Below are positions 10,252-18,782 of a stretch of DNA of 64,000 nt, in pieces. The notes below the pieces were generated by a model, which was given only the letters and a program-made list of their open reading frames with translations, was not told the DNA's origin and made no database searches. Position numbers and translations under genes: made by a program. The first letter of the stretch is position 1, and every line of letters starts with the position of its first letter. The stretch comes from an uncultured virus (IMG/VR IMGVR_UViG_3300008624_000002) (taxonomy: Duplodnaviria > Heunggongvirae > Uroviricota > Caudoviricetes), in IMG/VR virus record IMGVR_UViG_3300008624_000002. One strand, 5' to 3'.

Positions 10252-10683
10252 TTATGATCCGTTTCCATTCTCCAACTCCACTGTCCCATTCTCTATCAAA
10301 ACTTTTCTGTTGGCCATATGTTGTTTTTCAACTTCTTCTTTATTACCACCTGTGTATGCGACTGCATGATGGTCATCAATCATCTGTTGATTGATAGAAT
10401 AAGAAGAAGAACCATGATATAAATTACCTAAGATTCTTCCAAACTTTCCTCTGTCATGAGAAACCATTTGGATATCTCCTTCTTCTAAGATTTTTGCGAG
10501 ATGAGCTTTAGAAGCTTTACCAAATTTCTTTTCTACTAAATCACGAGTTCTAGATTCAGGTGTATCAATACCCAACATCCTAACTCTTTGTTTTTTGTAA
10601 ACCATTCCGAAACCAAGGTCTACATCAACATCAACTGTGTCTCCGTCCACGACTCTTACGACATTTACTTTATATCTATACAT
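10252..10683 (-). CDS. Thermonuclease (SNase-like)
   Basis: RVVDGDTVD, RMLGIDTPE, GKFGRILG. Confidence 0.9.
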   Translation of the reverse strand: MYRYKVNVVRVVDGDTVDVDVDLGFGMVYKKQRVRMLGIDTPESRTRDLVEKKFGKASKAHLAKILEEGDIQMVSHDRGKFGRILGNLYHGSSSYSINQQMIDDHHAVAYTGGNKEEVEKQHMANRKVLIENGTVELENGNGS

Positions 10684-11095
10684 AATTGTGTTGTCTATGT
10701 TCTTTTTTATTTTCCCAATCTGTTATTGCCTGTCTTATAGAATCTTCTGCAAGAACTGAACAATGCAATTTGATTGGTGGCAATTCAAGTGCTTTTGCTA
10801 TATCTTTATCTTTGACTTGTTTTGCCTCTTCAATTGTTTTACCTTTCAGCATATCAACAAACAATGTAGATGATGCGATTGCACTTCCACATCCATATGT
10901 TTTAAATTTAACATCAACGATTCTTTCTTTATCGTTAAGTTTAATTTGTAATCTCATTACATCTCCACATGCAGGTGCACCTGTCATGCCTGTAGCAACA
11001 TTAGGGTCATTAGGATCAAAACTGCCCACCGAGTGTTTATGCGGATCATTTAGAACAGATTCAAATCTGTCTATGACCTTCTTACTATATGCCAT
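10676..11095 (-). CDS. iscU: Fe-S cluster scaffold IscU
   Basis: GAPACGDVM, KTYGCGSAIASS, LPPIKLHCSVLAED: three conserved Cys and LPPVK-like chaperone motif. Confidence 0.93.
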   Translation of the reverse strand: MAYSKKVIDRFESVLNDPHKHSVGSFDPNDPNVATGMTGAPACGDVMRLQIKLNDKERIVDVKFKTYGCGSAIASSTLFVDMLKGKTIEEAKQVKDKDIAKALELPPIKLHCSVLAEDSIRQAITDWENKKEHRQHNYV

Positions 11096-11116
11096 ATTAA
11101 TATATTTAGTGTTTTT

Positions 11117-13624
11117 CTAACCGAAGAATGAATCTAATGATGCGGTGGGTTCTACATTCCAATCTATCAATTGAACTATGTTTTTGAGTGGTTCGACAAA
11201 TGATTTATCAAACTGTAAATCATAATCTACAAATCTATGTAAGTCGAATTCTTTTGGCAATGAGTTAGTAAATGATATCACATTCTCATTAATAGGATTA
11301 GGCATAGTGAGATATGTAAAGTGTATCTTCTCACCATTTAAAATGGGTTCATATCTCTTCATAAGATTCATCTCTTTAAGTCTATGATTAAACAACAATG
11401 AACCTCTAACATGAATTGGTGTACCCTTTGAATATATATTTGTAGTGTCTGCGTATTGAATTAAACCTCTGCACCCTCTAGGGAACGCAACATCTTCTGG
11501 CGGTAATTCTCTAAACTCTTTTCTTGATGTCTCTACGAAATTCCATAGTTCTTGTTCTGTTCCAGTCATTACAAGTTTAATTGCTTGTTCTAATCTTCTT
11601 CTAACCCACAAAGGCGTAGACGACTTTGCAGTCTCAATACCCATGAGTTTAAGTTTTGGTTCCTCTAATCTTACACCCTCGTTATCATGCACATTAAGAA
11701 TGTATCTTTTCTTTGCAGTCCAAATACCCTTATCTGCAATAACTTCTCTGCCCATTTCCATCTTCTGTTGAAATGCGTTTACATACTCTGCAAGTTCTAC
11801 AAACCCTTCTTCTAATACTTCTTCTATCTTATGTTCTACCTTAGATAAGAAATCGATAATCTTATCTTTATCTGTTTCTTCTGGCATAACTGCATTAACA
11901 AATTTGTCCATTGTAAGATAAATTGAATCAGTATCAATTGCGATTACATAATCTTCATTATCTGTTTTAAGTAGTTCATTAAGATACCTATTGACTATCT
12001 TCTCTGACCATCTAATTACCAACTGGCCAGCAGTTGTAATTGCTTCTGCTAAGTCAACACTAAAGAAGGCGAACCACTGATTCGCCATAGAACCATATGC
12101 TGAGTTCAATGCAATCTTTCTTACTTGTTGATTGTTGTATGCCCTTTTGATAAGTGTATCGAGTTGTCTGATTCTTTTTGCATCAGTTGTTCTTTCTTTT
12201 TCTATCTGATACTCAATCATCTTTTTCTTCCATGCCTTTCTTTCGTCATACATGATTTCCATAATCTCAGGAAAGAAACCTTGTTTGTCTCTAGAGAACA
12301 TGACACCATTAGGTGCAATAGAAGTATTCATCTTCTTACCTATCGATAAGTCCATTTCTTGATACAACATTTTATCTACTGTTGCATCTTGACGATTGCC
12401 TTTAATCATTTTCTCAGGCGAAATGTTCCACTGCATAATTAAATGTGGATATAGACTATTCAAGTCAAATGACATCACCCAATTATGTCCACCTACAATA
12501 GGTTCTTTTACATATGCACCAACTATCTGATTGTTCTTATTCTCATTCTTCTTTTGTGGTGGTGTCTGAACACCTTGTTCTTTTAAGAAATTGTATATGA
12601 TAGTTTCCCAATACTTAACCATACCAAATGTATCGATGTAATTACACTTGGCATCATATGCCATCGCCTGTGTTAAATCTAAGAAACCTAATTTCTCTTC
12701 TAGTTCTTCTACGAGAACAACATCACGAACATTGTATTCAAGATACTTTGCATAATTATTTTTGTATAAGGTGTGAAGTGAACCATACTCTGAGTAATCT
12801 AACTTCTGTTTACCCAATTCAAAGTGAGCAATGTAATCTAACTTATATGATTCTTGATTATGAAATGTTGACCTCTTGTATAGTTCCATATAGTCAACAA
12901 CATTGACACCACTTAAATCAAATATCTGAGTTCTCTGATAACCATGTTGTAAGAATTCTCTTTGAGATGATTGTCCCCATGGCGATAACTTCTTATGTGT
13001 ATCTTCACCAAACAATCTATCATATCGATTACAAAGATAAGTCATATCAAATGAATCTACATTCCAACCTGTAATGATATCAAACCATTCTGACCTCCAA
13101 TACTTCATGAAGTTCACTAATAGTTCTTGTTCGTTTTTACAGTTCACATAGACTACATCTGACTCTGTCTCCCATTCACCAATACCAAATACGACAGTAG
13201 ATTTGCCGAAAGGTTTAATTGAAATTGCGTTTACTTTTTCGATTGCCTGGTGTGGTTCTGGAAAACCATTCTCTGATTCACACTCAATATCAAGTGTGGC
13301 AATCTTTATGTGTTGTGGGTCAAAATTTATTTTGCCAGGAAATTTATCTGAGATGTAAGTATAAACATATCTATCATAACCATGAACTTCAAAACCATCT
13401 ATCTTCTGATACTTGTCTTTGAATTTCTTGGCGCCTGCCATTGAGTTGAGATTAACAACTTCTAATGGACGACCATCGAGTGCCTTATAAGGGGAGGAAC
13501 TTTTCTTTGATGGTATGTAAAGATTCGGTCTATACGATACAGAAAGTTTTTGTTTCTTTCCGTTCTTATAACCTATTGCAAGTATTTTATCACGAGAACG
13601 ACATACATTAGTGTAAAAATCCAT
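11117..13624 (-). CDS. 43: Family B DNA polymerase (T4 gp43)
   Basis: LDIEC exonuclease motif, SFDLNSLYP, KIALNSAYG, IDTDS; no intein-sized insertion. Confidence 0.97.
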   Translation of the reverse strand: MDFYTNVCRSRDKILAIGYKNGKKQKLSVSYRPNLYIPSKKSSSPYKALDGRPLEVVNLNSMAGAKKFKDKYQKIDGFEVHGYDRYVYTYISDKFPGKINFDPQHIKIATLDIECESENGFPEPHQAIEKVNAISIKPFGKSTVVFGIGEWETESDVVYVNCKNEQELLVNFMKYWRSEWFDIITGWNVDSFDMTYLCNRYDRLFGEDTHKKLSPWGQSSQREFLQHGYQRTQIFDLSGVNVVDYMELYKRSTFHNQESYKLDYIAHFELGKQKLDYSEYGSLHTLYKNNYAKYLEYNVRDVVLVEELEEKLGFLDLTQAMAYDAKCNYIDTFGMVKYWETIIYNFLKEQGVQTPPQKKNENKNNQIVGAYVKEPIVGGHNWVMSFDLNSLYPHLIMQWNISPEKMIKGNRQDATVDKMLYQEMDLSIGKKMNTSIAPNGVMFSRDKQGFFPEIMEIMYDERKAWKKKMIEYQIEKERTTDAKRIRQLDTLIKRAYNNQQVRKIALNSAYGSMANQWFAFFSVDLAEAITTAGQLVIRWSEKIVNRYLNELLKTDNEDYVIAIDTDSIYLTMDKFVNAVMPEETDKDKIIDFLSKVEHKIEEVLEEGFVELAEYVNAFQQKMEMGREVIADKGIWTAKKRYILNVHDNEGVRLEEPKLKLMGIETAKSSTPLWVRRRLEQAIKLVMTGTEQELWNFVETSRKEFRELPPEDVAFPRGCRGLIQYADTTNIYSKGTPIHVRGSLLFNHRLKEMNLMKRYEPILNGEKIHFTYLTMPNPINENVISFTNSLPKEFDLHRFVDYDLQFDKSFVEPLKNIVQLIDWNVEPTASLDSFFG

Positions 13625-13630
13625 AGTATA

Positions 13631-13668
13631 ATTATACTATACTATGGTCTATTCTACAAGGGTCTTTT
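13631..13668 (-). promoter_or_regulatory. Class II sigma70-type promoter of gene 43
   Basis: AAAAGACCC-TTGTAG-N17-TATAAT. Confidence 0.6.
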
Positions 13669-13882
13669 GCTGTCTATAGTCAAAAATACTGGCAGCATTT
13701 TTGATATCGGTCCAATAAGCAATGCGTTCCAATTCTTTCTCAATTGTTGCCATTATATCTGGATGTTCTGCAACACCCACTGCATTTTTAGTGAGAATCT
13801 CCACATTAACTTTGTGTTTCTCAATCATTGCATCTGCTTGTTTTACTTGAGCTGATAGAGCTCTATCGATAAAGTCATTCAT
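13649..13882 (-). CDS. Conserved hypothetical T4-like protein
   Basis: VGVAEHPDIM..IEKEL motif familiar from marine myoviruses. Confidence 0.6.
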   Translation of the reverse strand: MNDFIDRALSAQVKQADAMIEKHKVNVEILTKNAVGVAEHPDIMATIEKELERIAYWTDIKNAASIFDYRQQKTLVE

Positions 13883-13885
13883 AAT

Positions 13886-14179
13886 CTATTTCCTAATTTG
13901 GCCTCTGACGCCGTGTGTATTACCTGTTGCAACTTTGAAATTAGTTTCAAGTTGAGGTTTAGCATCAAAGACTGTTTGTATCAATTGTTTTTTTATTCTA
14001 AAAGTATATTCTTTGGCGAAAGGAATCCATGGTGCCAAATTGACTTCCATAGTTCCATCTTTCGCTTCTAAAACACATATTTGTGCATCTTGTATAGTAT
14101 AGTCTCCATTATAGTGTTTGGTGACAAACCCTATTAAGACTTCACCTGTGTCTAGGCGTATGCATTTTACATCAAGCAT
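13886..14179 (-). CDS. Sm-like fold hypothetical protein
   Basis: IRLDTGEVLIG...LAPWIPFA pattern. Confidence 0.55.
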   Translation of the reverse strand: MLDVKCIRLDTGEVLIGFVTKHYNGDYTIQDAQICVLEAKDGTMEVNLAPWIPFAKEYTFRIKKQLIQTVFDAKPQLETNFKVATGNTHGVRGQIRK

Positions 14180-14624
14180 CTAATACCATTTCCTGTAGTT
14201 CTACTGACCTTCTACCTACTTGCCCAAACCATTTTGAATCTTCCATTTGAGCAGCCATTTCTCTCCAATCAGACTCAGAACATGCCTTGAGCATGTTTCT
14301 AAACTTTGCTAATCGGTTGGCACCCAAATTGAAACACATATTAACTAATACATGTTGCACATTCTCTGGTAGATTATCAAAATCTATGTCGTGTGCTTCA
14401 CAAACATGTAATGTTTCGTCTACATGTTTATCAAAATCTACTTCATAGTATCTATCTACCACCTCTTGTGAAACTGGTGTACCTGCTGGTTCACCAAATT
14501 CGTGGTCATCTTCTCTGATGAGGTGACCGACACCTAGGGTTAAGTAACCTAGTGAGTCTTCATAAACTTCTAGAACTTCTCCCTCGTGTCTTTTTATTTG
14601 TTCTTTCAAGACTTCTTTATTCAT
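14172..14624 (-). CDS. Lysozyme (T4-type muramidase, GH24)
   Basis: HEG......YEDSLGYLTLGVGHL (E-D-T triad), NMCFNLG, DSKWFGQVGRR. Confidence 0.88.
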   Translation of the reverse strand: MNKEVLKEQIKRHEGEVLEVYEDSLGYLTLGVGHLIREDDHEFGEPAGTPVSQEVVDRYYEVDFDKHVDETLHVCEAHDIDFDNLPENVQHVLVNMCFNLGANRLAKFRNMLKACSESDWREMAAQMEDSKWFGQVGRRSVELQEMVLDA

Positions 14625-14642
14625 ATTAAAGTTGGGTTATGG

Positions 14643-14819
14643 TTATTCGGATTTAGGTTCTGGATCTTGTTTTGCAACAAATGTAAATCCAGCATCTGCC
14701 TTAGCAGTTTTAAAAGTTGCTTCAGCGACTTCATTTCCATCAGCATCGATATTAGGAAAGTAATGTCCTGTTGGAGTGCCGTCAACATCTTTAGTGAATT
14801 TGTAGTTAGCTATTGCCAT
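14643..14819 (-). CDS. Small hypothetical protein (58 aa)
   Basis: Manual translation MAIANYKFTKDVDGTPTGHYFPNIDADG...; GAGG RBS. Confidence 0.5.
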   Translation of the reverse strand: MAIANYKFTKDVDGTPTGHYFPNIDADGNEVAEATFKTAKADAGFTFVAKQDPEPKSE

Positions 14820-15111
14820 CTGATTTTTCCTCTCTTTTGATTTGCTCTTGGATTAACTCTACTAGAATATCACCCATGAGATTATTTAATTCACCATTAT
14901 TTAGTAATTCTTCAACCGCCTCATCAGAAGGTTCAACACCTTCTGGTAGTCTTCTGATTGTTCTTTTAAAATTCATCTGTGGTTCACCATCTACGAATTG
15001 AACATCACCATATTGATAGACTAAACCTTTCCATTCTCCAGATATCAATTCGATACCTGCATCTTTTTCATATGGATTTTCTACAACTTGATAAACTTCT
15101 CTAAAAAGCAT
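14806..15111 (-). CDS. Conserved hypothetical T4-like protein
   Basis: GLVYQYGDV, MGDILVELI motifs. Confidence 0.6.
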   Translation of the reverse strand: MLFREVYQVVENPYEKDAGIELISGEWKGLVYQYGDVQFVDGEPQMNFKRTIRRLPEGVEPSDEAVEELLNNGELNNLMGDILVELIQEQIKREEKSDGNS

Positions 15112-16087
15112 CGTTCATTCTTCTCTCAAACTCTTCATAATATTCATCTTCTGTAAGATGAACCTCTGCGTAGTTTTGTCTAGCAAGTTCTAACTTCTCT
15201 TTTCTGAAAACTTCGTCTCTTAATTGTAATGACTTTTCTAAAAACTCTTCGAAAGTATAGACTCTTTGCCACTTGTCTATTCGATATGAGTTGGTGCAGT
15301 CATAGTTTCTCCAAACAAATGGAACAATACCTATTGCAAGTGCCTCTGGATATCTGGCTGTTGTTGCAGTTTCATCTAACCAATTAAAACATAATGTTTC
15401 TCTACAACCCTCCAATAAAGGATAGAGTTTTCTCCAATCTTTAATCCATTTGGCTTCTCGTTGAACACCAGATGGCATTCCACCTATAAGTTGGCATGAA
15501 AGTTCACTTCTATAAATTTGACGAATGGTCTTTTCTCTATCGTGGCCATGTTTCATACGACCCCAATATCCAAAGTCATGAGTCTTAGTTGACCCAACCA
15601 TTTCCGCCAAAGGGTTTTTTAGGGTGTTTATGAAGTGATACTTCATGCCGTGTATGTTACCACTAAAATCGACTTCATCGATAGTAGTGAATGATTTGAT
15701 ATTAATACCTTTAAATACTTCTTCTCTATATAACTCTTCTGTATCTGCCCTATCACTACAGAACATTATAACATCTTTACCTTCGAAGAAAGGTCTGATT
15801 ACATCCATATGTTCGTTAGACTTCGCTAAGTCTTTTGGATTCATCTGTAGTTCACCGTGATATCTGAACTCACTATCACTTGGTATAACAATTACATCTG
15901 CCCAATCAATAGTCTCAGGTGTTCTCTTTGGTCTTTTATTTTCAAATGATACATTATAAGTATCGTACCTATGTTGAGGATTTGCTCTCATCCATCTCAC
16001 ATAATTTTCAAAGAAACTATCTAATACTGTCTCTAAAGGTCCATTGTATTTCACAAATGAACGAAGTCTTGCTATAGTTATATTCAT
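15101..16087 (-). CDS. GT-B glycosyltransferase resembling T4 DNA beta-glucosyltransferase
   Basis: KTHDFGYWGRMKHGHDREK, TTARYPEALA..VPFVWRNYD, RVYTFEEF..LRDEVFRKEKL parallel recalled T4 BGT segments (KTLDVIYGGSFRSGQRESK, ITLRVWETMA..IDEEFD, YVNNRAEL..DVLRKEML); similar length. Confidence 0.6.
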   Translation of the reverse strand: MNITIARLRSFVKYNGPLETVLDSFFENYVRWMRANPQHRYDTYNVSFENKRPKRTPETIDWADVIVIPSDSEFRYHGELQMNPKDLAKSNEHMDVIRPFFEGKDVIMFCSDRADTEELYREEVFKGINIKSFTTIDEVDFSGNIHGMKYHFINTLKNPLAEMVGSTKTHDFGYWGRMKHGHDREKTIRQIYRSELSCQLIGGMPSGVQREAKWIKDWRKLYPLLEGCRETLCFNWLDETATTARYPEALAIGIVPFVWRNYDCTNSYRIDKWQRVYTFEEFLEKSLQLRDEVFRKEKLELARQNYAEVHLTEDEYYEEFERRMNDAF

Positions 16088-16494
16088 GATTGGGTTACCC
16101 TCCTTCTTAAACCACTACTTGAAAATGAATGTTTTCTATTGGTATAGTAAACTTTTATAGGCAAGTAATCTCCTGTAAAAGTTTTGTCTTTATAATCTTC
16201 ACCTATAAATCTTACATCGATTGGTGTTGATTCTAGTAAATCTATCAGACTCGCTTCTGTATCATATGGTATAACTTCATCGACATATTGTATCGCATTA
16301 AGTTGTACGAATCTTTCGTATACAGACTGTACTGGTTTATTCTTTTCTTGCCTATCAATAGTTGGGTCAGTCTGCAACCCTACAATTAAATGTTCACAAT
16401 TCTCTCTCGCTTCTTTTAACATTACTACATGTCCTGCATGTAATAAGTCAAATGCGCCACAAGTAAATCCTTTTTTCTTTGTCATATATCTCAC
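16084..16494 (-). CDS. TagD/RfaE-like cytidylyltransferase
   Basis: GAFDLLHAGH, LIVGLQTD, YVDEV, RKHSFSSS. Confidence 0.88.
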   Translation of the reverse strand: MRYMTKKKGFTCGAFDLLHAGHVVMLKEARENCEHLIVGLQTDPTIDRQEKNKPVQSVYERFVQLNAIQYVDEVIPYDTEASLIDLLESTPIDVRFIGEDYKDKTFTGDYLPIKVYYTNRKHSFSSSGLRRRVTQS

Positions 16495-17615
16495 CTAATA
16501 ATATCTATATTACTATTCTTAGACCAAACCTCTAGTTCAGTTCTAAGTCTGTTATCATTTTTTAATTTCTCGTATCTTCTACCTGCGTGTTTCTTCCACC
16601 ATGTAATGATACTATCGTATTCAAATCTATCAAAGTTGATATTCTTTTCTAATGTATCAGTTTCTAAATTCAAATACTCTTTTACATTCTTGAAACCATA
16701 TGTTCCAAGATATTGTCTCTTCTGTTCTGTAAGATTCTTTGCATCAACGAAACATTGTTTGAATGGTTTTAACATTTCGCTATGATGTTTATCTAATGAA
16801 TTTCTTATAATAGAAATCATCTTGCCTTGCGTTTTAAGTTTTCTACTCGATGCATCATCATGAACAAGTGGCACTCCATTATTCTTATTTTCAAACCATT
16901 CTTTTAGATGTGCATACTTATCATCATTGATTGACGGAACAAAATCTGAATCAGTTAGTCCTATAAATCTTAAGAATGGTTTCATGCCATCATACATCGA
17001 TGATGATTTAGATGTGCCATATAATGATGTAGTTTCAAACATACAGAACTCTGTATTATATTTCTTGTTTAATGTTTCTCTTGCAAGATGTGAATTACAA
17101 ATGCCTGCAAGTAGTTTACCACCTAGATAATTGAAACCAAATGGTTGTGTTGGTATGATATTAAACCCCATGATTGCTGAGTCATTAAATCTTCTCATTA
17201 CATCTTTGTCTAATGTGTTTAAAGGTTTGCCTAGAAATTCATTACGAGGTTTAGAGTTGATAGTAGGAGAACCAAAACGAATGAACCCTACAATCTTATT
17301 AGTATTAGTTTCATATACAACCCACTTAAGAGTTTTGCCTGGTATCGATTTCTGAATCATTTGAGATGCAACTATATCAATGTAATCATCGTATAAAGAA
17401 ACCTCTCTACAGTCGAACTCCATGTCTTCTGGATGAATCGTAAAGTCTTGAAACATATCGTCCTCTGGACCCATACCAAATAATGATGCAGGTCTATCTG
17501 ACATTTTTTCTAGTTTTACTTTGCGTAGATAATCATCTATTCTATCAAAATTAGCATAGTAGTCGATAAAGATTTGACCGACATATTGTGCATCTTGTTT
17601 TGATAGTATCAACAT
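16491..17615 (-). CDS. DUF4338 / DruA-like protein (paralog 2)
   Basis: IPGKTLKWVVYE, PFGFNYLGGKLLAGIC, ETTSLYG..SSMYD. Confidence 0.65.
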   Translation of the reverse strand: MLILSKQDAQYVGQIFIDYYANFDRIDDYLRKVKLEKMSDRPASLFGMGPEDDMFQDFTIHPEDMEFDCREVSLYDDYIDIVASQMIQKSIPGKTLKWVVYETNTNKIVGFIRFGSPTINSKPRNEFLGKPLNTLDKDVMRRFNDSAIMGFNIIPTQPFGFNYLGGKLLAGICNSHLARETLNKKYNTEFCMFETTSLYGTSKSSSMYDGMKPFLRFIGLTDSDFVPSINDDKYAHLKEWFENKNNGVPLVHDDASSRKLKTQGKMISIIRNSLDKHHSEMLKPFKQCFVDAKNLTEQKRQYLGTYGFKNVKEYLNLETDTLEKNINFDRFEYDSIITWWKKHAGRRYEKLKNDNRLRTELEVWSKNSNIDIIR

Positions 17616-17674
17616 AAAAAACCCACCTCCATTATAAACGAAGATGGGTATAATTGTCTAGTGACTTTTTGTAA

Positions 17675-18199
17675 TTATGCTACGAATTCATCGCCAGGAT
17701 TCCATGCACAACCTGTAAGACCACCAGCTTTTAATGCTTGTAATGTTCTTAATATTTCTTGTGCGTTTCTACCTGTATCTAATGCGTTGACTGAAACACT
17801 TTGAATTGTTCCATTAGGGTCAACAATGAATGTTGCTCTATAACAAACACCGTTGTCAATATCAACGATTCCTAATTCAGAAGATAAATATAGTCCAGTG
17901 TCAGCTGCAAGTTCATGATTGATTTCTCTAATCATTCCATTTACATTTCTCCAGGCCTGTTTGCAGAATTCATTATCACCACTGATACCAATTACTCTCG
18001 CCTCATCGACAAGTATGTCCATAGCGGCAATTTCTGTTGGGCATATGAATGTGAAATCTTTTGGATAAAAGTAAATGACACTCCAACCAACATGTTCCTC
18101 TAAACTTACCTCTGTTATATCGTTTGCAGGATTAACTCCTTGTAAATTAAAAGTAGGAAATTCATCACCTACAGTTAATTGTTCTCCTTCTCTAAACAT
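17675..18199 (-). CDS. ahpC: Peroxiredoxin (AhpC/TSA)
   Basis: YFYPKDFTFICPTEI, RATFIVDP.G, GRNAQE.LR; true start MFREGE at 18199 with GAGGAG RBS. Confidence 0.92.
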   Translation of the reverse strand: MFREGEQLTVGDEFPTFNLQGVNPANDITEVSLEEHVGWSVIYFYPKDFTFICPTEIAAMDILVDEARVIGISGDNEFCKQAWRNVNGMIREINHELAADTGLYLSSELGIVDIDNGVCYRATFIVDPNGTIQSVSVNALDTGRNAQEILRTLQALKAGGLTGCAWNPGDEFVA

Positions 18200-18220
18200 T
18201 TTTTCTCCTCTGTTTGAAAC

Positions 18221-18292
18221 TGGAGCGGAGTGAAAGTTTCGATACTTCATCTCTCAACTGGTAGTCGAGTGTGTTCTTTACACTAACTCCGC
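18221..18292 (-). tRNA. Non-canonical tRNA-Gly-like RNA (anticodon ACC), CCA encoded
   Basis: GCGGAGT TA GTGT AAAGA ACAC A CTCGA CTACCAG TTGAG AGAT GAAGT ATCGAAA CTTTC ACTCCGC T CCA; perfect acceptor stem and U73, but no D-loop GG and no GTTC. Confidence 0.75.
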
Positions 18293-18302
18293 TTAGTATT
18301 CC

Positions 18303-18341
18303 ATCCTACTAAATCTAGTAGTATTTTACAAGGGGTTTTTT
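18303..18341 (-). promoter_or_regulatory. Class II promoter for the tRNA-Gly-like RNA and ahpC
   Basis: AAAAAACCCC-TTGTAA-N18-TAGGAT; predicted start a few nt before the tRNA 5' end. Confidence 0.6.
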
Positions 18342-18345
18342 GAAA

Positions 18346-18768
18346 TTATTTAATTTTAATTTCGACTGGTTTATCTTCTTCTGGAATAATCCTTTCTAAA
18401 GATACACTCAATATACCATCTTTCATATCTGCACCCTTGACTTCAATATCGTCTGCAAGTGTAAATCGTCTATTGAAAGTTCTGCCTGATAAACCTCTGT
18501 GAACATACTCAGTATCTTCACTTAGATTTTCTTTTGAACCCTCAATCAAAAGAGTTTCTTTTTCTTTTGTAATGGATATATCCTTCTTACCGAACCCAGC
18601 AACAGCAAGTTCAATACTGAAATTTTCAGCATCAATCTTTACAATATTGTAAGGTGGGTAGTTTGAAGTGTCGTGCAAATGTTCAGCACGGTTTAATAGT
18701 TGAAAAGTTCTGTCGAACCCTATTGCGAATGGGAATGATTTCCCGAAGACATCGTCATAGATTGTCAT
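18346..18768 (-). CDS. Small heat shock protein Hsp20 (IbpA-like)
   Basis: NYPPYNI, IELAVAGF, HRGLSGRTFNRRFTLA, DGILSV; start MTIYDD with AGGAGG RBS. Confidence 0.93.
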   Translation of the reverse strand: MTIYDDVFGKSFPFAIGFDRTFQLLNRAEHLHDTSNYPPYNIVKIDAENFSIELAVAGFGKKDISITKEKETLLIEGSKENLSEDTEYVHRGLSGRTFNRRFTLADDIEVKGADMKDGILSVSLERIIPEEDKPVEIKIK

Positions 18769-18782
18769 AATAGTCCTCCTTA

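Noticed and set aside
5862..17615. A complete Druantia defence system
   Set aside because: No DruB-E genes in the window; only stand-alone DruA-like domains
18200..18250. N-terminal extension of the peroxiredoxin given by the ORF track
   Set aside because: It is the tRNA-like sequence; a strong RBS supports the ATG at 18199
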